A DNA stretch of 64,000 bases, from the NCBI GenBank assembly GCA_910589025.1, contig CAJURM010000011.1, forward strand, positions 675 through 64,674, read 5' to 3'. Both the position numbers and the translations under genes were made by a program. Each line of letters starts with the position of its first letter. Positions within the stretch are counted from its first letter, which is position 1. Below the pieces are notes generated by a model that searched no databases, was not told the DNA's origin, and saw only the letters and a program-made list of their open reading frames with translations. The stretch comes from an uncultured Odoribacter sp. (GTDB taxonomy: Bacteria; Bacteroidota; Bacteroidia; Bacteroidales; Marinifilaceae). Of this stretch, positions 21,557-32,662 are shown in pieces.

Positions 21557-22615
21557 ATGAACAAATTCATAAAACTGCTGCCTTCCCTGCTGCTGATAGC
21601 CGTCTACCTCATTGCCGACGAATTTTTCGGTCCGGTAACCGGAGCCATCTGCGCACTCATCTCCGGAACCGGAGAGTTTCTCTATACCCGCATCCGGTAT
21701 AAAGAAAACGACCGGATGGTTTTACTCACCACGCTCTTTTTCTGCATTCCGGGTTTACTCTCCGTATGGATACACGGAGGGATATGGGAAAAACTACAAC
21801 CCGGAATAATTGAAACATTCCTCTGCGTTCTGACCGGGATATTCGTTTTCAGCCGCACCGACCTCAGCGCAACTCTTCCCGCTTCCTGCCGCCAGGATTT
21901 CCGGCTTACCCCCGGGCAACAGAAAGCCATGCGCAACACCATGAAAGCGCTGTTTTTCCTCCTTTGCCTTCACACTACCGGCGTCTTCCTGTCCGCCTTG
22001 CTGTTGCCGGACGCTGCCGCCTCCTTCATCAGCGGACCTCTGCTTTACCTCCTCATCGGTCTGTTTTTTCTCTCCCTCTTTGTCCGCAACAGACGGTTAG
22101 CGCGGAAATATGCAAAAGAAGAATGGCTGCCATTGGTCGACGAAAAAGGAAACATCACCGGACAAGCCCCCAGAAGCCTTTGCCACTCGGGGAGCAAACT
22201 GCTGCACCCGGTGGTACACCTGCACATCACCAACTCCGCACATGAAATTTTCCTGCAAAAAAGAAGCATGAAAAAAGACCTGCTTCCGGGCAGATGGGAC
22301 ACGGCTGTCGGCGGACACATCGGCGTCAACGAAAAAACAGAAGAAGCCCTGAAACGGGAAACATTCGAAGAATTAGGCATCACGGCCTTTGAAGCCCGTC
22401 CCTTAGGCAGTTACATCTGGGAAAGCCCCCGCGAAAAAGAATTGGTATTCTCCTTCCTCTGCACCCGCTACGACCGCATCCGAATCGATAACGACGAAGT
22501 GGACGAAGGGCGTTTCTGGTCCCGGGAAGAAATAGAAAAAAACATCGGACAATCCTGCTTCACACCGAATTTCGAACACGAATACCATGCGCTTTTGAAG
22601 CACCTCTGCCACTGA
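21557..22615 (+). CDS. Membrane domain-NUDIX hydrolase fusion (Idi/YfcD-like C-terminus)
   Basis: ~6 TM N-terminus; LHPVVHLH, LQKRS, WDTAVGGH, RETFEELG Nudix box; start at ATG 21557. Confidence 0.85.
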   Translation: MNKFIKLLPSLLLIAVYLIADEFFGPVTGAICALISGTGEFLYTRIRYKENDRMVLLTTLFFCIPGLLSVWIHGGIWEKLQPGIIETFLCVLTGIFVFSRTDLSATLPASCRQDFRLTPGQQKAMRNTMKALFFLLCLHTTGVFLSALLLPDAAASFISGPLLYLLIGLFFLSLFVRNRRLARKYAKEEWLPLVDEKGNITGQAPRSLCHSGSKLLHPVVHLHITNSAHEIFLQKRSMKKDLLPGRWDTAVGGHIGVNEKTEEALKRETFEELGITAFEARPLGSYIWESPREKELVFSFLCTRYDRIRIDNDEVDEGRFWSREEIEKNIGQSCFTPNFEHEYHALLKHLCH

Positions 22616-22616
22616 A

Positions 22617-23381
22617 TCAGTATTTTTCAGGCATGTACTTCCAGAACCGGGGCGGCATGTGCTGCCGGTGAAGTTTAGGATTAAGCCGCTCCCGGATGGT
22701 GATGGATTTAAAATACTCTTTCCAGAGTTTCTGATACTGCTTTTCATCTTCGGCCAGCAAATCGCCCGAAAGACGCCCGCCGATAAGCCGGTGGGTCTCC
22801 TCCCCGAAGTGCACTTCGGTCACCTCCTTCAAATCATAATAATAACCGTACCCCCGGCGGACATCATAAATCAGCCATTTTTGCCCCCGGTAACGGTCCT
22901 TAAAATGGGGGACCACCAACGACAACACATTATACAAAGGCTCCACGGCGGCAAAATAGATTTCATCCGCCGTTTTCTGAAAGCGGACAAACTGAATCAC
23001 CCGCTCCCGTTCATTGGCCACCTTCTTGTTGATTTTTGAAATTTCCAGCACATCCGGATCACCGAAATTAAACTCTATCGGGCCCGGAGAATCAAAAATT
23101 TTACGCATATAACGCACCAGCAAGACATCAGAACCGGGCAATTCGGACAACCAGCAAGACATCAGAAAAGCAAGCCCCGTCGCCGACACTTTCTTTTTCA
23201 GTCCCTTCCACACCCGGTCAGCCTTGGCAGGCTCCGTCACGACCTCCACCAACTGTTCATAAAACAGAGGCAACGGCTCTCCGGACTCCATCAAAGCCTC
23301 CGGAAAAAGTTTCCGGTCATAAGCCTCGAAAACGACCGTCAGCAAACCTTCAAACGTCTTATCGTAAGTAAAGAGAATCAT
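22617..23381 (-). CDS. TIGR03915/DUF4130 putative DNA repair protein
   Basis: YDKTFEGLLT, QFVRF, HFKDRY, LWKEYF..I.I.ER.NP.L.RQHMP.RFWKYMPE. Confidence 0.88.
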   Translation of the reverse strand: MILFTYDKTFEGLLTVVFEAYDRKLFPEALMESGEPLPLFYEQLVEVVTEPAKADRVWKGLKKKVSATGLAFLMSCWLSELPGSDVLLVRYMRKIFDSPGPIEFNFGDPDVLEISKINKKVANERERVIQFVRFQKTADEIYFAAVEPLYNVLSLVVPHFKDRYRGQKWLIYDVRRGYGYYYDLKEVTEVHFGEETHRLIGGRLSGDLLAEDEKQYQKLWKEYFKSITIRERLNPKLHRQHMPPRFWKYMPEKY

Positions 23382-24651
23382 GCGGGGGCTCTTCAAAAGG
23401 TAACTTCAACTGTCTGTCGTCCGCCGCTTTCTGTGTACGGCTGTTGCGGGTCAGCACTCTTCTGACATACTCCGGGCTCAATTCATTGACGGTCTGTAAA
23501 GGAAGCTCGCGGGTCGTAATAAAATAGCAGGCTTTCTTCATGACAATCCCCATTTTCTTCAATTGGTAAATGCCCAGTTTGCCATACCGCCGGGAAGAGA
23601 CGATCAGTTTAGCCGATTTCACTCCGATGCCCGGCACCCGGAGGATAAGCTCATAGTCAGCCCGGTTGACATCCACAGGGAACCTCTCCGGATGCCGTAA
23701 CGCCCAAGCCAGTTTCGGGTCGATTTCCAGGTCCAGATTGGGATAGGAGTCGTCGACAATTTCATGCGCTTCAAACTGATAAAAACGCATCAGCCAATCC
23801 GCCTGGTACAAACGGTTTTCCCGCACCAGGGGCGGCTGTTTCAGCATAGGCAAACGCTTGTCATACGCATTGACCGGCACAAATCCGGAATAATACACCC
23901 TTTTCAGCGTGGGGCGCTGGTACAAAGCGGAAGACAGGGAAAGAATCTCTTTATCGGTTTCGGACGTCGCACCGACAATCATTTGCGTACTTTGTCCGGC
24001 AGGAGCAAAACGGGGTGCAGACCTGAACTTCTTCCGGTCTTCCCTGCTCTCCAACACCCCCTGCTGAATGTAATGCATCGGGGCAAACACACTCTGGTAA
24101 TTCTTGTCGGGCGCAAGAAGGCGCAAATTCTTTTCCGTCGGTATTTCGATGTTCACACTCAAGCGGTCGGCGTACAATCCGGCTTCCCGAATCAGCTCCG
24201 CACTCGCTCCCGGAATCGCCTTCAAATGGATATACCCGTTAAAACGGTAGACCGTCCGCAAGTCTTTTGCCACCCTCACCAACCGTTCCATCGTATAATC
24301 GGGATTCCTCACCACACCGGAACTCAGGAAGAGCCCTTCGATATAATTGCGGCGGTAAAACTCCATCGTCAGCGTGACCAGCTCCGTCACGGAAAAAGTC
24401 GCTCTCCGCAAATCGTTGCTCCGGCGGTTGATACAATAGGCACAGTCATACATGCAATAGTTGGTCAGCATGATTTTCAGCAGGGAGACACACCTCCCGT
24501 CTTCTGTAAAGCTATGGCAGATGCCCCACCCTGCCGCGTTCCCTACCCCATTGGAGGTATTGCGGCGGGAGGTGCCGCTTGAAGCACACGACACATCGTA
24601 CTTGGCCGATTCGGCCAATATTTTCAGTTTCTCCAATATTCTTTCTTCCAT
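23359..24651 (-). CDS. Putative DNA modification/repair radical SAM protein (TIGR03916-like)
   Basis: AKYDVSCASSG, GICHSF, CMYDCAYC (CxxxCxxC), RLYQADWL, HhH LRVPGIG. Confidence 0.92.
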   Translation of the reverse strand: MEERILEKLKILAESAKYDVSCASSGTSRRNTSNGVGNAAGWGICHSFTEDGRCVSLLKIMLTNYCMYDCAYCINRRSNDLRRATFSVTELVTLTMEFYRRNYIEGLFLSSGVVRNPDYTMERLVRVAKDLRTVYRFNGYIHLKAIPGASAELIREAGLYADRLSVNIEIPTEKNLRLLAPDKNYQSVFAPMHYIQQGVLESREDRKKFRSAPRFAPAGQSTQMIVGATSETDKEILSLSSALYQRPTLKRVYYSGFVPVNAYDKRLPMLKQPPLVRENRLYQADWLMRFYQFEAHEIVDDSYPNLDLEIDPKLAWALRHPERFPVDVNRADYELILRVPGIGVKSAKLIVSSRRYGKLGIYQLKKMGIVMKKACYFITTRELPLQTVNELSPEYVRRVLTRNSRTQKAADDRQLKLPFEEPPHDSLYLR

Positions 24652-24765
24652 AGCACTGACAACAATCCCATACAAAGAAACAATTTAAATGGAAAAAGAG
24701 GAAGTTTGAAAAGTTAAAAAAAACAGCGCCCTGGCGGGGACGCTGTCTTCATGCACCTATATCGT

Positions 24766-25626
24766 TTATCCTAAATAGGTCTTCAATAATTTACTTCTTG
24801 AAGAATGCCGCAACCGCCGGATGGCTTTCTCTTTTATCTGACGGACACGCTCCCGGGTCAAACCGAATTTTTCGCCGATTTCCTCCAGTGTCATTTCCTG
24901 GGTATTGATTCCGAAAAACAACTTAATGATATCCCGCTCTCTCTCCGTAAGGGTAGACAAAGCACGTTCCACTTCCGTGGAAAGGGATTCATTGATCAAG
25001 GTACGGTCGGCAATGGGCGAATCGTCATTCACCAGGACATCGAGCAAACTGTTGTCTTCTCCTTCCACAAACGGAGCGTCCACAGAAATATGGCGTCCCG
25101 ACACCCTCAGCGTATCGGCCACCTTTTCCGCCGGTAAATCCAGCGTATCCGCCAACTCTTCGGGGGAAGGACGACGTTCGTTCTCCTGCTCGAAACGGGA
25201 AAAGGCCTTGTTGATTTTATTCAGCGACCCCACCTGGTTCAACGGCAGACGCACAATACGCGATTGTTCTGCCAACGCCTGCAAAATAGACTGACGGATC
25301 CACCACACGGCATAAGAGATGAACTTGAAACCGCGGGTCTCGTCAAATTTTTCCGCAGCTTTAATCAAGCCCAGATTTCCTTCATTAATCAAATCGGGAA
25401 GACTCAGTCCCTGATTCTGATATTGTTTAGCTACAGAAACCACAAAACGCAAATTCGCCCGAGTCAGTTTCTCCAACGCGCGCTGGTCCCCTTTTCTGAT
25501 CCGCTGTGCCAACTCCACTTCCTCTTCGACCGTAATCAAATCTTCTTTACCGATCTCCTGCAAATACTTGTCCAGGGATGCACTCTCCCTGTTGGTAATT
25601 GATTTTGTAATTTTTAGCTGTCTCAT
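24766..25626 (-). CDS. rpoD: Primary sigma-70 factor, short Bacteroidota type
   Basis: [52 protein letters not shown]. Confidence 0.95.
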   Translation of the reverse strand: MRQLKITKSITNRESASLDKYLQEIGKEDLITVEEEVELAQRIRKGDQRALEKLTRANLRFVVSVAKQYQNQGLSLPDLINEGNLGLIKAAEKFDETRGFKFISYAVWWIRQSILQALAEQSRIVRLPLNQVGSLNKINKAFSRFEQENERRPSPEELADTLDLPAEKVADTLRVSGRHISVDAPFVEGEDNSLLDVLVNDDSPIADRTLINESLSTEVERALSTLTERERDIIKLFFGINTQEMTLEEIGEKFGLTRERVRQIKEKAIRRLRHSSRSKLLKTYLG

Positions 25627-25721
25627 ACTTTATTTTTATACACCGCAAAGATTTTACAAAAATAGTATTTTTTCTTCACAATCCGATACATCCGGACTTA
25701 TGATTTCAATATTAACATTTT

Positions 25722-27188
25722 TTAATCTATTAATGAGAAGGCGAAATACTCTACCCGTCCCCTTGGACTGACGGCTGTGACGAAAACACCTTCATTTTCC
25801 AGGGACTGGATGACCCGTTTCAGATCGTCCTGATCATAGATAACGGTATCATTGATTTTCACCAGGATGTATCCCTTCTGCAATCCGGCCGATTTAAACT
25901 TACCGCTCCGGATGTCGGTAATTTTCACGCCCTTGTTCAGCCGGTAACGGAGACGGTCCTGTTTACTCAACGGCGCCACTTTGACACCCAGCACCCCAAA
26001 CTCCTCTTCTTTTTCCACCGAAGTATCTCCATAGGAGTTCTGGAGGGTAACATCCACTATTTTTTCATCTCCGTCCCGCTTGATTTTCAACTGAATCTGC
26101 GACCCCGGATGAAATTTACCCAGTTGTTCGTAAAATTCCGGCGTGGTCTTCACTTCCAGTCCGTTGATGCCCTGGATGATGTCGCCCTCTTTCATCCCGG
26201 CCTTCTGTGCCGCCCCTCCGGACATGATTTCCCCGACATAAATCCCGGAAGTTTCCCGGATTCCCAACTCTTCCGCCAATACGGGCGTCAATTCCCCCAT
26301 CCGGATACCCAGCACACCTCGCTGCACTTTTCCGTACTCTTTCAAATCATTCACCACTTTGCGGGCGATGTTGACAGGAACAGCGAAAGCATAACCGGAG
26401 TAAGCCCCGGTCGGCGACTGTATCAAGGTATTGATGCCCACCAGTTCGCCCTTCACATTCACCAACGCGCCCCCGCTGTTGCCGGGGTTGATGGCCGCAT
26501 CGGTCTGCAAAAAGGACTCCAGACTCATCTGTCCGCGATTCATTCCCAAATCCCGGGCTTTCGCACTGATGATGCCCGCCGTCACGGTAGAGGTGAGATT
26601 ATAGGGATTACCAACCGCCAACACCCATTCGCCCAAGGCCACATCATCGGAGTTGCCATATTCCACATAAGGCAACCCTTCCCCCTCTATCTTCAACAAA
26701 GCGATGTCGGTGTTCGGGTCCTGTCCGACCAAGCGGGCTTCATACTCTTTTTTGTCGTTTGTCACGACTACGATTTTATCGGCCTCTTTAATGACATGGT
26801 TATTGGTGATGATATAGCCGTCGTCCGAAATAATCACGCCCGACCCGTAACCGGTAGTCAGCGGCACTTCACGCCCTTGCATGTTTCCGCCGAAAAAATA
26901 CCCCAGAAACGGATTGCCCGTATATTCCCGTCCCATTTGTATGGTTTTCACATGTACCACACCGGGCACTGCCTTTTTGGCAGCCATTCTCAAATCTATC
27001 CTTCCCCCTTCTTCCGGCACCACGGATGATTCCTGGGTATAAGCCACCTGCTTAATACCGGGTCCCACCAGTTCATGACGCGACGGCGTCCGCACCTCCC
27101 TGCCGACAAATGCTTCTGTCGCCAGGAATGCTCCCAAACCGCCCGTAACGCCCAACAACAGACTGATAACAGATTTTCTTACGTTCAT
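25722..27188 (-). CDS. degP: DegP/HtrA serine protease with PDZ domains
   Basis: TNNHV, TDIALLK, QTDAAINPGNSGG; start uncertain (27188 or 27212). Confidence 0.92.
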   Translation of the reverse strand: MNVRKSVISLLLGVTGGLGAFLATEAFVGREVRTPSRHELVGPGIKQVAYTQESSVVPEEGGRIDLRMAAKKAVPGVVHVKTIQMGREYTGNPFLGYFFGGNMQGREVPLTTGYGSGVIISDDGYIITNNHVIKEADKIVVVTNDKKEYEARLVGQDPNTDIALLKIEGEGLPYVEYGNSDDVALGEWVLAVGNPYNLTSTVTAGIISAKARDLGMNRGQMSLESFLQTDAAINPGNSGGALVNVKGELVGINTLIQSPTGAYSGYAFAVPVNIARKVVNDLKEYGKVQRGVLGIRMGELTPVLAEELGIRETSGIYVGEIMSGGAAQKAGMKEGDIIQGINGLEVKTTPEFYEQLGKFHPGSQIQLKIKRDGDEKIVDVTLQNSYGDTSVEKEEEFGVLGVKVAPLSKQDRLRYRLNKGVKITDIRSGKFKSAGLQKGYILVKINDTVIYDQDDLKRVIQSLENEGVFVTAVSPRGRVEYFAFSLID

Positions 27189-27495
27189 GTCTCTCTTTTT
27201 TAATTCGTTCATTCCTAATTATGCTCAGGTTTACAAGGCAATAGCGGGAATCTCTTCCCCGGCCTGTTGCCGTAACCCGGATGCCTCCGGACATTCCCCC
27301 GCTCCTTCGAACAGGGTTCCATTGCATCTTGTTTGCAAAACGAATTTAGCAATTTCTTTGCCAATCAATTATTAAGAAAATCTTAATTAGCAAAGCTTAA
27401 CGTTACCACCGACTTATTAAATATTCAGGAGACTGCGGGAAGCACACCTTTTCCCGCCCAAGAAGTCCGGCACTCCCCGCCACGCGGGGATGCGG

Positions 27496-27912
27496 TTATT
27501 TTTCCACAGGTTTTCCCTTAAAAAGCGCAAGGACTTTGCCCTTTTGCAACAAAGACAATTGCCTGTCCCTGATGCGGAAAGCATCCGTATTTTCAAGAAT
27601 CCGGAAGAAACCGGTTTCTGTTTCCTGGTCCGGACAGGTCATGCGGGTAGCTCCCATGTGGGAGAATTTCAATTTATTTCCGTCCGCCTCGTATCCACCG
27701 AAAAAACGGTTGCATCCGGCCATCCCCGTTACCCGCTTCTCGCCGTCATTGAATTGCATGATAATCTCATTGCCAGCCACTTTCATTTCCACTTTCTGTC
27801 CGTCCACCGACTCCAGGATCCATTTCATCCCCGCCAGTCCCGGGTCTCTCTTTGAAGAGCGACAGGCAACCAGCACGAATAGTGCCATACAAATCAATCC
27901 TATTATTTTCAT
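27496..27912 (-). CDS. META domain (HslJ-like) lipoprotein
   Basis: Lipobox LVAC; GMAGCNRFFG; ATRMTC. Confidence 0.88.
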   Translation of the reverse strand: MKIIGLICMALFVLVACRSSKRDPGLAGMKWILESVDGQKVEMKVAGNEIIMQFNDGEKRVTGMAGCNRFFGGYEADGNKLKFSHMGATRMTCPDQETETGFFRILENTDAFRIRDRQLSLLQKGKVLALFKGKPVEK

Positions 27913-28013
27913 TACAAAAACATTTTCTTTTTTACTTTTTCTGCCATTACCTAACAAAATATATGCCAAAATGACCGTCTCTGTTACAAATAACAAGGGA
28001 AACGACAGGCCAC

Positions 28014-29240
28014 TCAGAAATTATTTCCGATGGTCTGGTAGCCCACAAAGCGATAAGCCCCCAGATTGTAGTCATAAACGTAACACCGGATGTTATACTC
28101 GTTTCGGGTCTGATAGAAATTCCCCTGCAACGTCACCAGGTCCGGCGCCTCTTTGCCCTGAGGCACCACGGCATACATATAGTCGTAGTACCCCTGTTTC
28201 AATTCCGATTCTCCGACATAAGCCTTGTTTTTGGCATCATAAGTCATTTTCTGCGCCGGCAGCAGTTGCCACCCGGAAAATTTCCCGTAAACATACACAT
28301 CGGCTCCCGGAATCTCCTGCGGATAATAAATGGCAAAATGAGCAACGATGTAATCCGCTTCCAACTCCGGATTATTGACATTTTCCGCCTGAATGACAAA
28401 ATTTCCCCCTTTGTCGGGCAGCGGCGTATAAGCCGTATAAACAGCCCCCGGCTGCAAGATGAAATTATACAAGCCGTCCGGTCCCTTGACCACATCTTTC
28501 ACATACTGCGTATAATACACCAGACTGGCACAGTCAAAGTTGCGGAAAGGCGCCAGGCCGTTAAAAACATTGTTCATCCCGTCGCCATATACCAACTGAT
28601 TCTGGCGCACAAAAGCCGGCGTAAAATTCCTGCGGCTGTTGGGGTCCTGATTCTGGGTCACATAAACCTTCACATCCTTTATCGGATTGTAAACGGGCAA
28701 ATTGTCATACGACACCGTGAAATCCAGTTGCTGGGACGTAGTCAGATACCGGGGCAGTGTAGAAGTTTTCACAGAAGCCTGTATCAGCACCCTGTTCTCC
28801 ACGACGGCAAACCGCTGTGAAATCACAATACTGTCGGGATTATCGTCATTGTAAACCTGAAGGAGATAATTGCCCGACAATTTCACACCGGCGTCTTCGT
28901 TGGGAAACTTCAAGGTGAAATGCGTATAGGACACCTGTGTATTGAACGAGTTATTGTAATCGTTCAGCGGATTGCTGTAAAAACCGTTCAAATAGGAAAA
29001 CGAACTCAGATGGGAAGGGTTCCAGTCGGGATCACAGTGAACAACCTGATAGGAATAAGAGTTGACCTCCGGACTCAAATCATCGAATGCGAAGAAAAGC
29101 TGCTGCCCGCTTCCCAGTGTTATCACAGGTTCGGCAAAAGGATTCCCGACCGGATAACACTGGACGGTCTTGATGTAATCCGGCTGCGCCCATCCGTGGA
29201 GGGCGGCACACAAACAACTCAAAACAAAAAAAATTCTCAT
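28014..29240 (-). CDS. DUF5103 protein (type IX secretion plug-like)
   Basis: Signal peptide; FDDL, HCDPDW, SFNTQVSYTH, LSGNY, LKQGYYDY, GNFYQTRNEY. Confidence 0.8.
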   Translation of the reverse strand: MRIFFVLSCLCAALHGWAQPDYIKTVQCYPVGNPFAEPVITLGSGQQLFFAFDDLSPEVNSYSYQVVHCDPDWNPSHLSSFSYLNGFYSNPLNDYNNSFNTQVSYTHFTLKFPNEDAGVKLSGNYLLQVYNDDNPDSIVISQRFAVVENRVLIQASVKTSTLPRYLTTSQQLDFTVSYDNLPVYNPIKDVKVYVTQNQDPNSRRNFTPAFVRQNQLVYGDGMNNVFNGLAPFRNFDCASLVYYTQYVKDVVKGPDGLYNFILQPGAVYTAYTPLPDKGGNFVIQAENVNNPELEADYIVAHFAIYYPQEIPGADVYVYGKFSGWQLLPAQKMTYDAKNKAYVGESELKQGYYDYMYAVVPQGKEAPDLVTLQGNFYQTRNEYNIRCYVYDYNLGAYRFVGYQTIGNNF

Positions 29241-29363
29241 TCCCTTTAAATTAAAATCCGATTAACGACAAAATTACGTAATTGGTTTATATATTTGTAG
29301 CTTATTTGGAAAAATTAAAAAAACGCATTCTATCATTCAAACTAATTTAATATAAATTATAAC

Positions 29364-30719
29364 ATGTCCAAGGTAATCAAATTGAACAAGGGCCTTGATA
29401 TCAAGCTGAACGGAGAAGCCGAAAAAACGGTGAAAACCGGCGTAAAGTGCATGCATTATGCCGTGAAGCCGACCGATTTTTTCACGCTGACCCCCCGATT
29501 GGCAGTAAAGGCCGGCGACATAGTCAAAGCGGGCGATGTTTTATTCTCCGATAAAGCCAACCCGGAAATCAAATTTACGTCTCCCGTCAGCGGCACAGTG
29601 GAAGCCATCAACAGAGGAGAACGCCGCAAGTTACTTGAAGTGGTCGTAAAAGCAGACGAAGAAATCACGTACGTGGACTTCGGCAAAGCAGACGTAAACC
29701 AGTTAAACCGCGAAGAAATCGTAGCCCATTTGCTCAACAGCGGAGTATGGCCGGTGATTGTACAGCGTCCTTACGGTATCCTGGCCGATCCGGGCATCCA
29801 GCCCCAGGCCGTTTTTGTTTCCGCATTCGACTCTTCTCCCTTAGCTCCCGATTATGAATTTGTGCTGAAAGAAGAAGAAAAAAACCTGCAAACGGGTTTC
29901 GACTGCCTGAAAAAGCTCTGCAATGCCAACGTGCATTTGGGAGTAAAAGCCGGCACGGGAGAAAACTCCGTTTTCAGCCGCCTGAAAAATGTGGACATCA
30001 CCTATTTCGCCGGTCCCCATCCGGCAGGAAATACCGGCATCCAGATCAACCACGTCCGTCCCATCAACAAGGGCGAACATATATGGACGGTCAACATCCA
30101 GGATGTCGCCATCATCGGACGCTTATTCAACGAAGGACATTACGACGCCCGCAAAACCATTGCCCTGACAGGTTCGGAGGTAACGGCTCCGGCTTACTAT
30201 GCAACCATCCACGGAGCACAGATCTCCTGCCTGGTAGAAGATAAGCTAAAGAACCGCACCCACCAGCGCATCATCTCCGGCAACGTACTGACGGGAACCC
30301 GGGTAAGCGAATCAGATTTCTTAGGCTATTCCGCCAACCAGATTACAGTGATTCCCGAAGGCGACGAATATGAATTTCTGGGCTGGGCCACTCCCGGTTT
30401 CAACAAATTCTCCGCCAGCAAACTGTTCCCCTCTTTCCTTTGTCCGAACAAACACTATACGCTGAATGCCAACCTTCACGGCGAACGGCGTGCCTTTGTC
30501 GTAAGCGGACAATACGAAAAAGTGCTGCCGATGGACATCTTCCCGGTATACCTGCTCAAAGCCGTACTGGCCGAAGACATCGACAAGATGGAGCAGCTCG
30601 GTATTTATGAAGTACTGCCGGAAGACCTGGCACTGTGCGAATTCGTTTGTACCTCGAAAACCCCGGTACAGAAAATCCTGCGGGGCGGTCTGGAGTTAAT
30701 GATGAAAGAAACCAATTAA
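29364..30719 (+). CDS. nqrA: Na+-translocating NADH:quinone reductase subunit A
   Basis: KGLDI, GPHPAG, EDLALCEFVCTSK; TATATTTG promoter at 29290-29297. Confidence 0.96.
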   Translation: MSKVIKLNKGLDIKLNGEAEKTVKTGVKCMHYAVKPTDFFTLTPRLAVKAGDIVKAGDVLFSDKANPEIKFTSPVSGTVEAINRGERRKLLEVVVKADEEITYVDFGKADVNQLNREEIVAHLLNSGVWPVIVQRPYGILADPGIQPQAVFVSAFDSSPLAPDYEFVLKEEEKNLQTGFDCLKKLCNANVHLGVKAGTGENSVFSRLKNVDITYFAGPHPAGNTGIQINHVRPINKGEHIWTVNIQDVAIIGRLFNEGHYDARKTIALTGSEVTAPAYYATIHGAQISCLVEDKLKNRTHQRIISGNVLTGTRVSESDFLGYSANQITVIPEGDEYEFLGWATPGFNKFSASKLFPSFLCPNKHYTLNANLHGERRAFVVSGQYEKVLPMDIFPVYLLKAVLAEDIDKMEQLGIYEVLPEDLALCEFVCTSKTPVQKILRGGLELMMKETN

Positions 30720-30781
30720 TTGACAATTGTCGTCCGGAACCGAACAGCCGGACACAATCATAAATCAAACAATAGAATAAA

Positions 30782-31933
30782 ATGAACTTTTTAAGGAATT
30801 TCTTAGATAAGCAAAAACCCAAATTTGAAAAGGGAGGCAAGCTCGAAAAGCTGCACTCCGTTTTCACCGGTTTTGAGTCTTTTCTTTTCGTGCCGAACCG
30901 CACGACCTGTTCCGGCTCCCACATCCGTGACGCCGTGGATCTGAAAAGAACGATGATTGTGGTGGTCATGGCGCTGATACCGGCCTTGCTTTTCGGTATT
31001 TACAACGTCGGCTTCCAGCACTTCAAAGCGATGGGTCTCCTGGCCGACACCGGTTTTTGCCAACTGTTTTTCTACGGTCTGTGGAAAGTGCTGCCGATGA
31101 TTGTCGTATCCTATGTCGTAGGATTGGGCATCGAATTTGCCGTGGCCCAGATCCGCGGACATGAAATCAACGAAGGTTTTCTGGTATCCGGCCTGCTGAT
31201 CCCGATGATTATGCCGGTGGAAGCCCCCCTGTGGATGATTGCCGTTTCCACCGCTTTTGCCGTGATTATCGGAAAAGAAATTTTCGGAGGTACGGGTATG
31301 AACATCTGGAATCCGGCATTATTGGCCCGGGCATTCTTTTTCTTCTCCTATCCGGCCAAAATTTCCGGCGATGCTGTCTGGATTGCAGACAAAGCGGACG
31401 GATTTTCCGGCGCCACTCCGCTGGCCGAGGCCGCTTTAGGCAACCCGCTGCCCGATTTCGCCACCATGTTCTGGGGCTTCATCCCCGGCTCTGTGGGTGA
31501 AACCTCCACTTTCTGCATCCTCCTCGGAGCTGTTATCCTGCTGCTGACAAACGTGGCAAGCTGGAGAATCATGCTGTCGGTTTTTGCCGGAGGGTTGCTG
31601 ATGGGCTGGTTGCTGAACGTCACACTGCCCGAAACCAATGTATACGCCCACATTCCCGCCTGGGAACACCTGATCATGGGCGGTTTTGCCTTCGGTGCCG
31701 TATTCATGGCTACCGACCCGGTCACCTCTGCCCAGACCAACAAAGGGAAATGGATATACGGTTTCTTACTCGGTGTGATGGCCATTATCATCCGCGTCCT
31801 GAATCCCGGTTATCCGGAAGGCATGATGCTCGCCATCCTGTTGATGAACACCTTTGCTCCGCTGATTGACTGGTTTGTGGTACAGGGAAACATCAAACGC
31901 AGATTAAAAAGAGCCAAACTCATTGCAGAGTGA
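30782..31933 (+). CDS. nqrB: Na+-NQR subunit B
   Basis: HIRDAVDLKR, DGFSGATPL (FMN site), FMATDPV. Confidence 0.96.
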   Translation: MNFLRNFLDKQKPKFEKGGKLEKLHSVFTGFESFLFVPNRTTCSGSHIRDAVDLKRTMIVVVMALIPALLFGIYNVGFQHFKAMGLLADTGFCQLFFYGLWKVLPMIVVSYVVGLGIEFAVAQIRGHEINEGFLVSGLLIPMIMPVEAPLWMIAVSTAFAVIIGKEIFGGTGMNIWNPALLARAFFFFSYPAKISGDAVWIADKADGFSGATPLAEAALGNPLPDFATMFWGFIPGSVGETSTFCILLGAVILLLTNVASWRIMLSVFAGGLLMGWLLNVTLPETNVYAHIPAWEHLIMGGFAFGAVFMATDPVTSAQTNKGKWIYGFLLGVMAIIIRVLNPGYPEGMMLAILLMNTFAPLIDWFVVQGNIKRRLKRAKLIAE

Positions 31934-31973
31934 AAATTGTAAACCGGGATTTACAATCTAAAATTCAAAAATC

Positions 31974-32660
31974 ATGAATAGACAAGGAAACACTTATACG
32001 TTTGTGTATGCGATTGTACTGGTGGTCGTAGTGGCCGCGCTGCTGTCCATTATCGCCCTCAGCCTGCAATCCGCACAAAACGAAAACATAAAAAACGAAA
32101 AACGCCAGAATATCCTGCGTTCCGTCAATATTCTGTCAACGGCATCCGAATCGGAAAAGCTGTTTAACCAATACATCACCGAGCAGTTTATCGTCAATTC
32201 CAAAGGCGAACGGCTGGAAGGCAACGCCTTCAACGTCGATGTGGCCAAAGAAACCAAGAAAGCATGCGACCAGCGGCAGTTGCCCGTATTCGTTGCCCGG
32301 ACGGAAAAAGGGATGAAATACATCCTGCCCTTATACGGGGCGGGACTTTGGGGGCCGATATGGGGCTATGTCTCTCTTGACGAAGACAAAAACACCATCT
32401 ACGGAACTGTTTTTGACCACCAGGGCGAAACTCCGGGACTGGGAGCCGAAATCACAACCCCTCATTTCCAGACCCAATTCCAGGGGAAACTGATTTTCGA
32501 TAACGACCGGTTAGTCTCCATTCTCGTGAAAAAAGGCGGCAATGCCACCGGAACGCACGAAGTGGATGCCATTTCGGGCGGCACCATTACCTCCCGCGGT
32601 GTGGAGACAATGATCAAAAGTTATTTAACCTGTTACGAATCTTTCTTAAAACAAAAATAG
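31974..32660 (+). CDS. nqrC: Na+-NQR subunit C
   Basis: [23 protein letters not shown]. Confidence 0.96.
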   Translation: MNRQGNTYTFVYAIVLVVVVAALLSIIALSLQSAQNENIKNEKRQNILRSVNILSTASESEKLFNQYITEQFIVNSKGERLEGNAFNVDVAKETKKACDQRQLPVFVARTEKGMKYILPLYGAGLWGPIWGYVSLDEDKNTIYGTVFDHQGETPGLGAEITTPHFQTQFQGKLIFDNDRLVSILVKKGGNATGTHEVDAISGGTITSRGVETMIKSYLTCYESFLKQK

Positions 32661-32662
32661 TA

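Noticed and set aside
27424..27490. CAGGAGACTGC plus hairpins, reminiscent of a cobalamin riboswitch
   Set aside because: Core motifs are missing; better explained as terminator-type hairpins after the META gene.
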